NCBI GenBank assembly: GCA_965249575.1
Contig: OZ252244.1
Coordinates: 1,440,001-1,504,000 of the forward strand
Length of the DNA: 64,000 nucleotides
DNA from: Gemmatimonadales bacterium
Lineage (GTDB): Bacteria > Gemmatimonadota > Gemmatimonadetes > Gemmatimonadales > GWC2-71-9
Reading direction: 5' to 3'
Made by a program: the position numbers and the translations under genes. This document shows positions 40,674-52,434 of this stretch, piece by piece (the first letter of the stretch is position 1; the number at the start of each line of letters is the position of its first letter). The notes under the pieces were generated by a model. That model saw only the letters and a list, made by a program, of their open reading frames with translations, had not been told where the DNA came from and ran no database searches.

Positions 40674-41714
40674 ATGAGTCACCGGAAGGAGCCTGCAGCC
40701 GGAGCGGCGGGGATCCTAGACAGGGACGCCATACCCGTTCGGTATTCCGACGTCGAGGACGCGGCCGCACTCATCGCCGGGCACGCGAACGCGACGCCGG
40801 TCATGACGTCCCGGACGGTCGACGATCAAACCGGGGCCTCGGTGTTCTTCAAGTGTGAGAATTTTCAGCGGATGGGGGCCTTCAAGTTCCGTGGAGCGTT
40901 CAATGCCCTCTCCCGTCTCTCGGCCGATCAGAAGCGAGGCGGCGTCCTCACGTTCTCGTCGGGGAATTACGCGCAAGCGGTGGCCCTGGCCGGGAAGCTG
41001 CTGGGCATCTCGACGACGATCGTGATGCCAAACGACGCACCGGCCGTCAAGCTCAACGCGACCCGAGGGTACGGCGGAGAGGTGCTGCTGTACGATCGAA
41101 GCGAGTTTAGTCGCGAGGAGCTTGGTTTCGAGATTGCCCATGAGCGCGGCCTCACCATCGTACCCCCGTACGATCACCCACACATCATCGCGGGTGCGGG
41201 AACGACCGGTAAGGAGCTCTTCGACACGGTTGGCGCGCTGGACCTGCTCCTCGTTCCGTGTGGAGGAGGTGGCCTCCTGTCGGGGTGTGCCCTCTCCGCC
41301 GACGCCCTGTCCGACGAATGCCGTGTAGTGGGTGTCGAGCCCGAGAAGGGCGACGACGCGACGCGTTCGTTCCATTCTCGCTCCCTGAAGACCGTGCATA
41401 ACCCCGACACCATCGCCGATGGGGCCCGCACCCCCTCGCTGGGAGCGATCACCTTCCCCGTGATCCTCAATTACGTGGATGACATGGTGACCGTATCCGA
41501 CGACTCGCTCCTTCGTACGATGTTCTTCCTCTGGGAGCGCATGAAGGTCGTCATCGAGCCGACCGGCGCCCTGGCCGCCGCCGCGCTTCTGGAAGGCGTA
41601 GCGACGGCCTCGGGAGGGCGCGTTGGGGTGGTCATCAGTGGCGGGAACGTCGAACTCCGGCAAGCCGCTCGATGGTTTGCCGCCCTCGACCGCGCGACAC
41701 CGGAATCATCGTAG
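40674..41714 (+). CDS. Serine/threonine dehydratase family PLP enzyme (threo-3-hydroxyaspartate ammonia-lyase-like)
   Basis: [40 protein letters not shown] at 40674. Confidence 0.9.
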   Translation: MSHRKEPAAGAAGILDRDAIPVRYSDVEDAAALIAGHANATPVMTSRTVDDQTGASVFFKCENFQRMGAFKFRGAFNALSRLSADQKRGGVLTFSSGNYAQAVALAGKLLGISTTIVMPNDAPAVKLNATRGYGGEVLLYDRSEFSREELGFEIAHERGLTIVPPYDHPHIIAGAGTTGKELFDTVGALDLLLVPCGGGGLLSGCALSADALSDECRVVGVEPEKGDDATRSFHSRSLKTVHNPDTIADGARTPSLGAITFPVILNYVDDMVTVSDDSLLRTMFFLWERMKVVIEPTGALAAAALLEGVATASGGRVGVVISGGNVELRQAARWFAALDRATPESS

Positions 41715-41746
41715 CTCGGAACCGCCCGGGTGGTGATATTGGTACC

Positions 41747-44700
41747 ATGAGCGTTACCCCTCGTCCCACGGCGCCGGACAGCGTACTTCACACGTTTCAC
41801 CCGGCAGTGCGGGACTGGTTCGCGACGCGCTTCGCCTCCCCAACGGCACCGCAGGTGCGCGCATGGCCCCACATCGCGGCCGGGCGCCACACTCTGATCG
41901 CCGCCCCGACCGGATCAGGGAAAACCCTCGCCGCCTTTCTCACCGCAATCGACGGGATCCTCCGGACCGGAGTCGAAGGCGGCCTGCCGGACGAGACTCG
42001 GGTCGTATACGTCTCTCCGCTCAAGGCGCTGAGTAACGACGTCAAGGTGAACCTATCCGAGCCACTGGCGGAGATCACGGAGCGGGCAGCGCAGCTCGGC
42101 GTGCCTGAGGTCGAGATCCGCACGTTGGTGCGCACAGGAGATACGCCCCAAACCGAACGCCAGGGAATGATCCGCCGGCCTCCCCACATCCTGGTCACGA
42201 CGCCGGAATCACTGTACCTGATGCTGACCGCCGAGCGGAGTCGCGCCATGCTCCGAACGGTGAGCACGGTGATTGTCGACGAGATTCACGCGGTAGCGCG
42301 TGACAAGCGCGGCTCCCACTTGGCGCTGTCGATCGAGCGTCTCGCCGATCTGGTCGACGGACCCCTGCAGCGAGTCGGCCTGTCGGCGACCCAAAAACCC
42401 ATAGAAGAGATCGCCCGCTTCCTCGTGGGTGCGGGCACGGCCGAACCGGGTGACTCCCACTGCGAGATCATCGACGAGGGGCACACCCGGCCGGTCGACC
42501 TCGGCATCGAGATACCGGACTCCCCGCTAGAGGCCGTGATGACAAACGAAGTGTGGGAGGAGATCTACGACCGGCTGACGCGGCTCATCGAGAGCCACCG
42601 GACGACGCTCGTATTCGTCAACACCCGACGCCTCGCGGAGCGCGTCACCGCGCGGCTTTCGGATCGGCTGGGCCCCGAGCGCATCGCCTCGCACCATGGA
42701 AGCCTGTCAAAGGAGAAGCGCCTCGAGGCGGAATCCCGCCTCAGAACCGGGAGCCTCCGCGCTCTGGTCGCGACGGCATCCCTCGAGCTCGGAATCGACA
42801 TCGGCTCGGTCGATCTGGTGTGCCAGCTTGGCTCGACTCGTTCCATCGCCACGCTGCTGCAGCGAGTTGGACGCTCCGGCCACTCACTGGGGGCCACGCC
42901 CAAAGGACGGCTCTTTCCATTGAGCAGAGACGACCTGGTGGAATGCGCCGCGCTCGTTCGCGCGACTCGCAGCCGCCGCCTGGACCGGCTCCTCATCCCG
43001 GAGAAGCCGCTGGACATTCTGGCGCAACAGATCGTCGCGGCAGCGGCGGCTCAGGATTGGGACGAAGAGGCATTGTTCCGTTTGGTTAGACGGGCCTACC
43101 CCTATCGGTCTCTGACACGCGGGGAGTTCAACGACGTCGTGCGCATGCTGGCTGACGGGTTCTCGACCCGGCGCGGGCGGCGGGGTGCTCACATCCACTA
43201 CGACGCGGTGAACGGCCGGATCCGCGGCCGGCGCGGTGCGCGACTCGCGGCGATTACCTCTGGTGGAGCGATTCCCGACAACGCCGACTACCGGGTAATC
43301 CTGGAGCCAGCCGAGATCTTCATCGGTACGTTGAATGAGGATTTCGCCATCGAGAGCATGCCCGGGGACATCTTTCAGCTGGGTAACGCTTCCTGGCGCA
43401 TGTCCCGTGTCGAGCAGGGACAAGTCAGGGTCGTAGATGCAATGGGACAGCCACCGACTATTCCGTTCTGGCTGGGAGAGGCGCCGGCCCGAACGGCCGA
43501 GCTCTCCGCGGAGGTCTCCGGGCTCCGCGCTGCTGTGGCCGAGCGCCTGGAGGATGCAGCGGGGGCAACATCGTGGCTCTCGAAGGCTACGGGCCTCGGG
43601 GACGCCGTGGCCAAGCAAGTCGTCGACTACCTCGACGCCTCCCGCAAGGCACTCGGGGTCGTTCCCACGCAGGAAACGTTGGTCATGGAGCGCTTCTTCG
43701 ACGAGGCGGGCGGCATGCAGCTCGTCATCCACGCTCCGTTTGGAAGCCGCATCAACCGTGCCTGGGGGCTGGCGCTCCGCAAGCGCCTCTGTCGGAACTT
43801 CAACTTCGAGCTCCAGGCCGCAGCCTCCGAAGATGCCATCGTCCTTTCATTAGGACCGCAGCACAGTTTTCCGCCCGAGGACGTGTTCCACTACCTCCAT
43901 CCGAATACGGTCGAGCCGCTGTTGATTCAGGCGCTCCTCGACGCGCCGATGTTCCAAACCCGCTGGCGCTGGAATGCCACGCGCTCGCTGGCAGTGTTGC
44001 GGCGACGTGGAGGGCGGCGAGTGCCGGCGCCCCTTCAGCGAATGGAATCGGAAGATCTAGCCGCCGCCGTCTTTCCGGACCAGGCCGCCTGCCCGGAGAA
44101 CCTGGTCGGCGATCGCGAAATTCCCGACCACCCGCTCGTCAACCAGGCGGTCCAGGACTGCCTCACCGAGGCCATGGATCTCGCAGGTCTTCTGAACGTC
44201 CTCGAGCAAATCAAGAGCGGACGCCTGCGCCTCGAGGCGCGGGACACCACCGAGCCGTCTCCACTGGCCCATGAGATCCTAAACGCCAAGCCCTACGCTT
44301 TTCTGGACGACGCCCCATTGGAGGAGCGCCGAACGCAGGCCGTCGCGACGCGGCGCTCGCTGGATGTGAAGACCGGAGATGAGCTCGCTAGGCTCGACGC
44401 GAACGCGATTGCTCGGGTGCGGGATGAGGCTTGGCCGGATGTCGCCGTTGCGGACGAGCTGCACGATGCCCTGCTGGTGATGGGAAGCATGACCGAGGAG
44501 GAAGGCGATCGCGGCCGGGACGGGACGTCATGGCGCCAGTTCTTCAATGAGCTCTCGGCCGACGGGAGGGCAGGCGTGTTCCGATCGGGGAGCGGCAACT
44601 CGCTCTGGATCGCCGCCGAGCGGCTCCCGCTCATCGGCGCAGTATTCCCGAACGGGGCTACCCACGAGCCGATCCCGGTACCGCGTGGAGAGCGGAGGGA

Positions 44701-46150
44701 GTGGTCACCTGAGGACGCCGCGCGGGAGCTCGTCAGAGGCCGGCTCGAAGCCGTGGGGCCCACCACGCGCACCGAGGTGTCCGACGCACTCGGCTTGGAC
44801 CCGCCGCAGGTCGATATCGCTCTTGCGTCACTGGAGCGGGAGGGCTTCGTGCTGCGCGGCCGGTTCACCACGGAAACCGACGAGCTGGAATGGTGCGAGC
44901 GGCGTCTGCTCTCACGCATCCACCGCTACACGCTCGACCGATTGCGCAGCGAGATCGAGCCGGTCTCGGCAGCGGACTTCATGCGATTCCTGCTCGCCTG
45001 GCAGCGCGCCACGCCGGACGCGCGTGCGGTAGGCCCCGAAGGGCTGCGGGCGGTCCTCGACCTCCTTGAGGGATACGAGGTAGCAGCGGCGGGGTGGGAG
45101 ACGGACGTGCTTCCGGCTCGAACCAGCGATTACGATCCAGTATAGTTGGATGCGCTCTGCCTCTCGGGGGAGTGGGGTTGGGGGCGTCTCCGGGCCTCGG
45201 GCGCGGCGCACGCCGAAGGCCGGCGGCCCGGGCCAATCCGATCCACGCCCATCGCCCTGTACCGGCGTGAGCGAGCCGGCTCGTGGCGTGCGCTGGCCGG
45301 CAAAGGCCGAAGTGACGCGTCCGAGTTGACCGCAGCCGGAGAGTCCATTCTGAACGCGCTGGAAAACCGCGGCGCCTCGTTTTTCGGAGAGCTCGTCCAG
45401 ACAACCGGGCTCCTCCGAACCGAAGTCGAGCGGGGTCTGGGCGAGCTGGTCGCCCGCGGCAAGGTGACTTCCGACAGCTACGCCGGTCTTCGAGCTCTGC
45501 TCGTACCTTCCGACCGCAGGCCGAAACTGAACGGCGGCCGATCGCGGCGCCCGCGCGCGCCTTTCGGGGTGGAGACCGCCGGGCGCTGGGCCCCCGTCGC
45601 AAAGCCATCCGAGGAATACGGGGACGCCGAAATCGAGACCCTCGCCCGCCAGCTCCTCCGGCGTTACGGCGTCGTGTTTCGACGCCTGCTCGACCGCGAG
45701 TCCGTCCTTCCACCTTGGCGTGATCTCCTGGCGGTATATCGGCGGCTCGAGGCGCGCGGAGAATTGCGGGGCGGGCGATTCGTTGGCGGGTTCTCCGGAG
45801 AGCAGTACGCCCTTCCCGAGGCCGTCGGCCTTCTGCGGTCAACGCGCCGACAGAAATGCACCGGCGAGCTGATCGCAGTCAGTGGGGCGGACCCGCTCAA
45901 CCTCGCGGGCATTATCACGCCGGGACCGACCGTACCGGCGCTAGCCACCAATCGCATCTTGTTTCAGGACGGCGTGCCGGTCGCCATCTCGGAAGGGAAG
46001 GGATCGACCGTGCGATTCCCGGCGGTGCCGTCCCCGGCCGACGAAAGAGCCTACCGCGCCGCGCTCCAGAAGAGATGCGCGTCCCCTCTCGTGCGCTCCT
46101 ACCTCGGTCAGCGAGGAACATTGCGAAAACCCGTGACGAAACTAGCGTAA
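41747..46150 (+). pseudogene. lhr: Lhr-family SF2 helicase with C-terminal AlkZ-like/winged-helix domain, interrupted by an in-frame TAG at 45143-45145
   Basis: [33 protein letters not shown]; continues in frame ...YDPV*LDALCLSGE... to LLRRYGVV and RGGRFV. Confidence 0.85.
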
Positions 46151-46192
46151 CTGGCTTCCCCGCAACTTCACGACTGATCCCTCATACACTCT

Positions 46193-48259
46193 ATGGGTTT
46201 TCATTCTCGCAAGGCGATCGGGTCACATCCACTCAAGCCGCCGATGGCGGAGAAACGCCCTCGCGTGATCCAGCGCCACGGCGACTCGATACGCGACGAC
46301 TACTCCTGGCTTCGCGAAAAAGACGATCCCGCCGTAGCGGCATACCTCGCCGCGGAAAACGCATACGCAGATGCCGGCTTAGCACACACGAAATCCTTCC
46401 AGAAGGTGCTCTACGGAGAGATGCTGGGACGCATCAAAGAAACCGACGAGTCCGTACCGTATCGGGAGGGCCTCTATCTGTACTACTCACGAACCGAAGA
46501 AGGAAGGCAGTACCGCATTTTTTGCAGAAAACGGTCGTTGGAGGCGCCCGAGGAGATCACGATCGACGTAAACGCCCTGGCCGAGGGCCATAGTTTCATG
46601 GCACTCGGCGTGTACGCGGTGAGCGACGATGGATCTATCCTCGCCTACTCCACGGACTCGACCGGCTTTCGTGAGTACACGCTCTGCTTCAAGGATCTTC
46701 GGACCGGTCGCTTGCTCGGCGACCGAATCGAGCGGGTCGGGTCGTTTGCCTGGGGGTCCGACCCCGGTACGATGTTCTTCACCGTGGACGATCCGGCGAA
46801 GCGTCCCTATCGGCTCTATCGGCATGTCTTGGGCGGCGCCGAGCCCGACCTGATCTTCGAAGAATCAGACGATCGCTTCCGAGTCTACGTGGAACGCACC
46901 CGAAGCAAGGCGTACTTCCTGCTCACATCGGAGAGCCACACTACCAGCGAAGTACGATTCCTGCCCGGCGAGAGCTTCACCGCCGACTGGAAGGTCTTAG
47001 CGCCCCGCCGCCACGAGCGCGAGTACGATGTAGATCACCGCGGCGACCGGTTCTTCATCCGGGTGAACGACACCGGCCGCAACTTCAGGTTGGTATCCGT
47101 ACCGGTCACCGACCCCGGCGAGCACAACTGGGACGAGCTCATACCGCACCGGCCGGATGTCATACTCGAGGGGTGCGAGGTCTTCGCCGCGCACTATGTG
47201 GTTCTCGAACGGCAGGCCGGACTGCCGCAGATTCGCGTCACGCACTTCGACTCGGGACGGAGTCACCCGATACCGTTTCCCGAATCCGTCTATGACGCTG
47301 GCCAAGCGACGAACCGCGAGTGGGAGTCGGATACGTACCGCTACTACTATGAGTCGCTGACCACTCCGCTCTCTATCTACGACCACGACGTCACGCAGCG
47401 GACGGACACCCTGCTCAAGCGAACCCCCGTGCTCGGCGACTACGACCCGGAAGATTATGTCTCCGAGCGGCTCGAGGCCGCCGCCGCCGATGGAACCGCC
47501 GTTCCCGTCTCGCTCGTGTACCGTCGCGGCCGGACGCGGGACCGGCAGTCTCCTTTGCTACTCATCGCGTACGGATCGTACGCCATCCCGTACCCCGTGT
47601 CGTTTTCCTCCAATCGACTCAGTTTGCTCGATCGAGGCTTCGGCATTGCGATCGCACACGTCCGCGGGGGCGGCGACCTCGGCCGCCCGTGGCACGATCA
47701 GGGACGGATGATGGCCAAGATGAACACCTTCACCGATTTCCTCACGGCGGCGGAGCATCTCGTCGAGAGAGGATACACGTCATCCCGAGGGCTCGCGATC
47801 GAGGGCGGAAGCGCGGGCGGTCTGCTCATGGGTGCCGTCGTCAACATGAGGCCGGACCTGTTCCGCGCAGTCGTGATGCAGGTGCCGTTCCTAGACGTCC
47901 TCAACACCATGTCGGACCCCTCGCTCCCCTTGACGGTCAGCGAGTACGAGGAATGGGGAAACCCAGAGGTAAAAGCACAACACGATTACATCCGCGGGTA
48001 CGATCCCTATACCAACCTCTCGCGGGGATCCTATCCAGCGCTGCTGGTCAAGTCATCGTTCAACGACAGTCAAGTGATGTATTGGGAACCAGCGAAATAC
48101 ACCGCCAAGCTCCGGACATTGAAGACCGATCGAAACCCACTGCTCCTGATCACCAACATGGACGCTGGACACAGCGGTGCCTCAGGTCGGTACGACCGGC
48201 TCAAGGAGATCGCGTTGGACTACGCGTTCATGCTGGACTCGGTCGGCATTCGCGAGTAG
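46193..48259 (+). CDS. ptrB: Oligopeptidase B (S9A)
   Basis: DDYSWLR, HVRGGG, GGSAGG, EYEEWGNP, DSQV, AGHSGASGR. Confidence 0.93.
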   Translation: MGFHSRKAIGSHPLKPPMAEKRPRVIQRHGDSIRDDYSWLREKDDPAVAAYLAAENAYADAGLAHTKSFQKVLYGEMLGRIKETDESVPYREGLYLYYSRTEEGRQYRIFCRKRSLEAPEEITIDVNALAEGHSFMALGVYAVSDDGSILAYSTDSTGFREYTLCFKDLRTGRLLGDRIERVGSFAWGSDPGTMFFTVDDPAKRPYRLYRHVLGGAEPDLIFEESDDRFRVYVERTRSKAYFLLTSESHTTSEVRFLPGESFTADWKVLAPRRHEREYDVDHRGDRFFIRVNDTGRNFRLVSVPVTDPGEHNWDELIPHRPDVILEGCEVFAAHYVVLERQAGLPQIRVTHFDSGRSHPIPFPESVYDAGQATNREWESDTYRYYYESLTTPLSIYDHDVTQRTDTLLKRTPVLGDYDPEDYVSERLEAAAADGTAVPVSLVYRRGRTRDRQSPLLLIAYGSYAIPYPVSFSSNRLSLLDRGFGIAIAHVRGGGDLGRPWHDQGRMMAKMNTFTDFLTAAEHLVERGYTSSRGLAIEGGSAGGLLMGAVVNMRPDLFRAVVMQVPFLDVLNTMSDPSLPLTVSEYEEWGNPEVKAQHDYIRGYDPYTNLSRGSYPALLVKSSFNDSQVMYWEPAKYTAKLRTLKTDRNPLLLITNMDAGHSGASGRYDRLKEIALDYAFMLDSVGIRE

Positions 48260-48272
48260 CTGGCTTGGGGGG

Positions 48273-49457
48273 CTATGCCCCGAACGCGCTCAATCCGGTG
48301 ATCGCTTGCCCGAGAATGAGCGTGTGGACATCGTGGGTTCCCTCATAGGTGTACACACTTTCCAGGTTCGCAAGATGCCTCATCGCCTGGTACTCGGACA
48401 GGATACCGTTCGCGCCCAGGAGACGCCGGGTTTCACGTGCGACCTCGGTTGCGATGTTCACATTGTTTCGCTTGGCGAGGGACACTTGCTCCGGTCTCAT
48501 CGTACCGGCGTCCTTCAGCCGGCCGAGCTGTAAGCAGAGCAACTGCGCCTTCGTAATCTCCGTCAACATCTCCGCCAGGCGTGCCTGCTGAATTTGAAAT
48601 CTGGCAATCGGCTTGCCGAACATCACCCGGTTCTTCGCGTAACTCACTGCCTCCTCGTAACACGCCATCGCGGCCCCAACGGCACCCCAAGCGATACCGT
48701 AGCGGGCCTGCGTGAGGCACATCAACGTGCTCTTGAGGCCTTCGCTCTCGGGCAGGAGCGCGTCTCTCGGAACGAGCACGTCTTGCAGCACGAGTTCACT
48801 CGTGTCCGAGGCGCGGAGACTGAGCTTGCCATATTGGTCCTTAGAGCTGAAGCCTTCGCTCGCGGTTGGCACGATGAATCCGCGGATCGATTTGCGGTCG
48901 GCCAGGTCGCCGGTCTTCGCCCAGATGATTGCAACGCTGGCCGTGGAGCCGTTCGTAATCCACATCTTGGCCCCGTTCAGCACCCAGCCGTCGTCGGTCT
49001 CCTTCGCCGTGGTGATCATTCCCCCCGGGTCGGATCCGTAGTCCGGTTCCGTGAGGCCGAAGCATCCGATGGCGTCGCCGCTCGCCAGCTTCGGCAGCCA
49101 TTCGTTCTTCTGCTGTTCACTCCCGAAGGCGTGAATGGGATACATGACCAGCGCGCCCTGCACAGACGCAAACGAGCGGATCCCGCTGTCGCCCCGCTCG
49201 AGCTCCTGCATGATGATGCCGTACGCTACGTTGTTGAGTCCGGCGCATCCGTATGTCTCCGGTAGATTGGCGCCGAACAGCCCCAAACCGGCCATTTCTG
49301 GTATCAGGGGTTTTGGGAACGTGCCCTGGACATAATGCTCGCCGATGATGGGGATCACCTCGTCATCGACCCAGCGGCGGACCGTGTCACGTACCGCCCG
49401 TTCGTCCTCTGACAGCAACGCATCAAGCCCGTAGAAATCGACGCCCTGAAACGACAT
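48273..49457 (-). CDS. Acyl-CoA dehydrogenase (glutaryl-CoA dehydrogenase-like)
   Basis: ELERGDSG, FGLTEPDYGSDP, KMWITNG, TYEGTHDVH. Confidence 0.9.
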   Translation of the reverse strand: MSFQGVDFYGLDALLSEDERAVRDTVRRWVDDEVIPIIGEHYVQGTFPKPLIPEMAGLGLFGANLPETYGCAGLNNVAYGIIMQELERGDSGIRSFASVQGALVMYPIHAFGSEQQKNEWLPKLASGDAIGCFGLTEPDYGSDPGGMITTAKETDDGWVLNGAKMWITNGSTASVAIIWAKTGDLADRKSIRGFIVPTASEGFSSKDQYGKLSLRASDTSELVLQDVLVPRDALLPESEGLKSTLMCLTQARYGIAWGAVGAAMACYEEAVSYAKNRVMFGKPIARFQIQQARLAEMLTEITKAQLLCLQLGRLKDAGTMRPEQVSLAKRNNVNIATEVARETRRLLGANGILSEYQAMRHLANLESVYTYEGTHDVHTLILGQAITGLSAFGA

Positions 49458-49472
49458 GTACTCCTCTTTCGA

Positions 49473-50165
49473 CTAGCGCTCCGCTGGAAGTGTCTCGACC
49501 GTTTCGCCCGCGCGCGCCGCCGGCCGGACTTCCCGGCACGCGTGGAGTGTAATCCCGACCTCCCGGGCCTTGGCGCGAAACGTCGATCCATGATCGACCG
49601 GGAGTCCCTTTTCCGCCTGCCACTGATGGACCATCTCGTGCAGTAGCGTGTGCTCGACCTCGTCCCAACCATCCCGAAAGACGTGCCGGCGGGAAACCGT
49701 AATGCGTGTGGGCTGGCCGGTTCGCGAATCGAGCGTCAAGTCCCCAAGTCGCGTCCGCATGCGCGGTGACACGTTAAACCGAATAGGCGAAAGCCGCCCA
49801 CCGAAGTGTGCCTGGTTGAGTAGCCCGTGCCTCCGGTCCAGCTCCCCTACGATCGAGCGGTCCGCCTCTGCGGGTCGCGGCTCCGCGCCGTTCGGCGGTG
49901 GAACGAACTGGTCGACGGGGAATTCCAACACGGTCTGCTCCGCCCGCCTCACCCGCCCGCCTCCGTTCACGAATGCTACCACCGCACGGAGAACACGGTC
50001 GGACGCGTACACGAAGCCCCGGTGGAGTCGGAGTATGCCCCGGTCGGTTAGGCTGACCATTACGGTTCGGTTCTCGTGCAGACGCACGCCCGTGATTCCG
50101 GAAATCCCCAGCGACCCGAGCCGGCAACGTACCTCCGTCTCGTCATCCCACAGCTGCAGGGACAT
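49473..50165 (-). CDS. SprT-like zinc metalloprotease domain protein
   Basis: TLLHEMVHQW...DHGSTF; ATG at 50165. Confidence 0.82.
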   Translation of the reverse strand: MSLQLWDDETEVRCRLGSLGISGITGVRLHENRTVMVSLTDRGILRLHRGFVYASDRVLRAVVAFVNGGGRVRRAEQTVLEFPVDQFVPPPNGAEPRPAEADRSIVGELDRRHGLLNQAHFGGRLSPIRFNVSPRMRTRLGDLTLDSRTGQPTRITVSRRHVFRDGWDEVEHTLLHEMVHQWQAEKGLPVDHGSTFRAKAREVGITLHACREVRPAARAGETVETLPAER

Positions 50166-51000
50166 CACTCTCCACGGTCTCTCGGTGCCGAGCAAACGCG
50201 AACACGTCGGACCTCCGGAACAGTCTCCGGGCAGCATCCCACCGGAATAACTCCACTTGGATCGACTCGTCGTCGATGGTGAGTCGATGAAACGACGTTG
50301 GGCGCTCTCCCCGCGACCGGCTGCTCAGGGTGTTCGCGCACGACACCAGCACTCGGCCCTCGAGCAACTCGATTTGCTCCTGGTGGTCGTGCCCGCAGAG
50401 CACCACCTCCGCACCCGTTTCGAGGATGTGCCGCTGGGCCTGCCGCCACCGGGCAAGCCCCATGCGCTGCGAGAGGTCGCCGCGGAGCACGTTGTGGTGC
50501 ACGACGAGAATCCGCGCCTGCTCGGGCCGCGCCCGGCCAAAGAGCTCCTGCACGCGCCTCACCTCTCGCACCGGGAGGTGGCCCTTGACCGCGATGTCGC
50601 GCGGTCGCGGCGTCAACGAGCCCCAAGCGACGCCATGAGAGGTCAGCGCTCCGGCGATGAGTGCCTCGCCCAAGTCCATGGTCGGTGTGAGGATGGGCCC
50701 GAAGTAGCGCCGGTACTTCTGGTACTTCGCCTCCGGAGAGAACGGGATCAGAGGGCGCCACCACCACTGAACGTCGTGATTGCCCGGCATGACGTAGACT
50801 GGCGCGGTACGCTCCAGCTCCTTTACGAACGCTCGCGCGCACTGCAGCTCTCCATGACGTGCCCTGACGGTTAGGTCCCCTGATAGGACGATCACCTGGG
50901 GGTCCAGATCCGGGAGCAGCGATTCCACGGCATCGATCTGTCCGAGGTCCGCTCGACCGCCGAAGTGGGGATCAGTCAGGTGAATGAGCGTAAAGGCCAC
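50143..51000 (-). CDS. Calcineurin-like metallophosphoesterase
   Basis: HLTDPHFG, SGDLT, PGNHD, HH, GHDH. Confidence 0.9.
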   Translation of the reverse strand: MAFTLIHLTDPHFGGRADLGQIDAVESLLPDLDPQVIVLSGDLTVRARHGELQCARAFVKELERTAPVYVMPGNHDVQWWWRPLIPFSPEAKYQKYRRYFGPILTPTMDLGEALIAGALTSHGVAWGSLTPRPRDIAVKGHLPVREVRRVQELFGRARPEQARILVVHHNVLRGDLSQRMGLARWRQAQRHILETGAEVVLCGHDHQEQIELLEGRVLVSCANTLSSRSRGERPTSFHRLTIDDESIQVELFRWDAARRLFRRSDVFAFARHRETVESDVPAAVG

Positions 51001-51039
51001 GCGCGCTTCTCCGCGTCGGTGCGGGCCGGTGACGCCGGC

Positions 51040-51309
51040 CTATTTCAGGAATTCCTTCGCGATTCGTTTCGCGACAAGATAACTGAGACCATACCACGCA
51101 ACCGCCGCCGCCGCGGCGATCATCGTCGCGGCCTGATTCCGAGGCACCTGCAGATAGATGTAGAGTCCCAGTAGTGCGGTCGACCAGAGGGCGGCCCGTC
51201 GAGCGATACGGGTGGCACGGCGATGCACCGTGGCGAGGCAGTCATGGCAGAGCTGCCCCAGCGGAAGGTCTACCTCCCGGCGGCATCGAGGGCACTGGTG
51301 CTCACGCAA
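51040..51309 (-). CDS. Small membrane protein with CxxC...CxxC motif
   Basis: CPRC...CHDC then two hydrophobic helices; TTG at 51309 overlapping the end of the upstream gene. Confidence 0.6.
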   Translation of the reverse strand: MREHQCPRCRREVDLPLGQLCHDCLATVHRRATRIARRAALWSTALLGLYIYLQVPRNQAATMIAAAAAVAWYGLSYLVAKRIAKEFLK

Positions 51310-51808
51310 GACGCCGGCTAACGGCGTCTGCGAATCCCATCGTCGAAGCATCACCACCTAGATCCGGAGTGCGAACGTTGTCATCGCGTATCGTACTCAG
51401 GAGCGCCGCCCGGATGTGATCGGCGCGCTCCCTTTCCTCGAGATAGTCTAGCATCATGCACGCGGCGAGCAGGAGAGCCGACGGATTGGCCTTCCCTCCC
51501 GAAAGGACGGTTTTGGCAGGCCGGACGTTCGCGTACAAATCGAATTCCTTGCGGAGGGCGACGTTGACCGAGCGAAACCCGGAACCCACGGGTGTCGTGA
51601 GCGGCCCCTTGAGTCCGAGCCTCGTGAGGCGGAGGCTCTCGAGTGTCGCGTCCGGGAGCGGCGTGCCGGCTTCTTCGAGTGCGGATACGCCAGCCAGCTG
51701 TTCGTCCCAGTCGAACTCGGCACCGGCGGCGTCGAGTACTCGTAACACCGCGTCGACGATTTCTGGACCGATCCCGTCGCCTCTGATGAGCGTAGCCTCG
51801 CGGCTCAC
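51302..51808 (-). pseudogene. Isocitrate/isopropylmalate dehydrogenase family gene with a large in-frame internal deletion
   Basis: N-terminal GDGIGPEI, LKGPLTTP, DLYANVRP joined directly to C-terminal ANPSALLL...TPDLGG; only 168 aa. Confidence 0.85.
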
Positions 51809-52434
51809 GGCAGCCCCGGTACCAGCTCGTTGACCGCCGCGCGAAGGGCGACCCATGGACCGTCTCCAGTACCCCTGACATGCGAGCGCCACCCTACCGC
51901 TCCGGACCTCACATCGACCAGCACGAGTACCAATTCCGCCTGCCCGTCGGCGGCCTCTACGCTATAGATGAGACTGGCCGGCACCAGTGCCCATCGCGCG
52001 CCCGCGAACGCCGTGAGCCCGCGCATCTGGCTCCACAGGGGATCGGGGAGTTTTGCCAGATTTCGCGCGCGGAGCATAGCGGTCCCGAGTTGATCGGGGT
52101 TGGCCAGCAGCCCCGGCGCTTGATTTGCGCCGCGACGCAACACGTCCGGCAAGACCCAGGTGACTTCCGGCGACCGTTCGGTCAACCCGGATGCAATGAT
52201 ACTGTCGGCGCGGGTCAGTGCCTCGCGCCGGGGTCTGAAATCGTCTTGCCAGCCGAGCGCCTCGTCAGAGGCGATGAGGGTCAGCGGGTACACCGCGACC
52301 GGTTGACCCGCGATCCCGGCGGTGGGGAGCGGCAGCGCGGGGGGTGGAACGTCGGCGGCCGGCTGTTGCTTGCCGCAGCCGGCCGCCGCAATCGCCGCAG
52401 TCAACGACAATGCCGCTGTCAGGCGTCGCGCCAC
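51805..52434 (-). CDS. Hypothetical lipoprotein
   Basis: GTG at 52434, signal peptide ending AAAGC; 3' part of ORF 51805-53229. Confidence 0.65.
   Translation of the reverse strand: MARRLTAALSLTAAIAAAGCGKQQPAADVPPPALPLPTAGIAGQPVAVYPLTLIASDEALGWQDDFRPRREALTRADSIIASGLTERSPEVTWVLPDVLRRGANQAPGLLANPDQLGTAMLRARNLAKLPDPLWSQMRGLTAFAGARWALVPASLIYSVEAADGQAELVLVLVDVRSGAVGWRSHVRGTGDGPWVALRAAVNELVPGLP

Noticed and set aside
38947..45145. TAG reassignment or pyrrolysine read-through to explain the two in-frame amber codons
   Set aside because: TAG is the normal stop of many intact genes here (e.g. ending at 6044, 31670, 41714, 48259). The two sites imply different residues (Gln versus Trp), share no context, and no pyl genes are visible.
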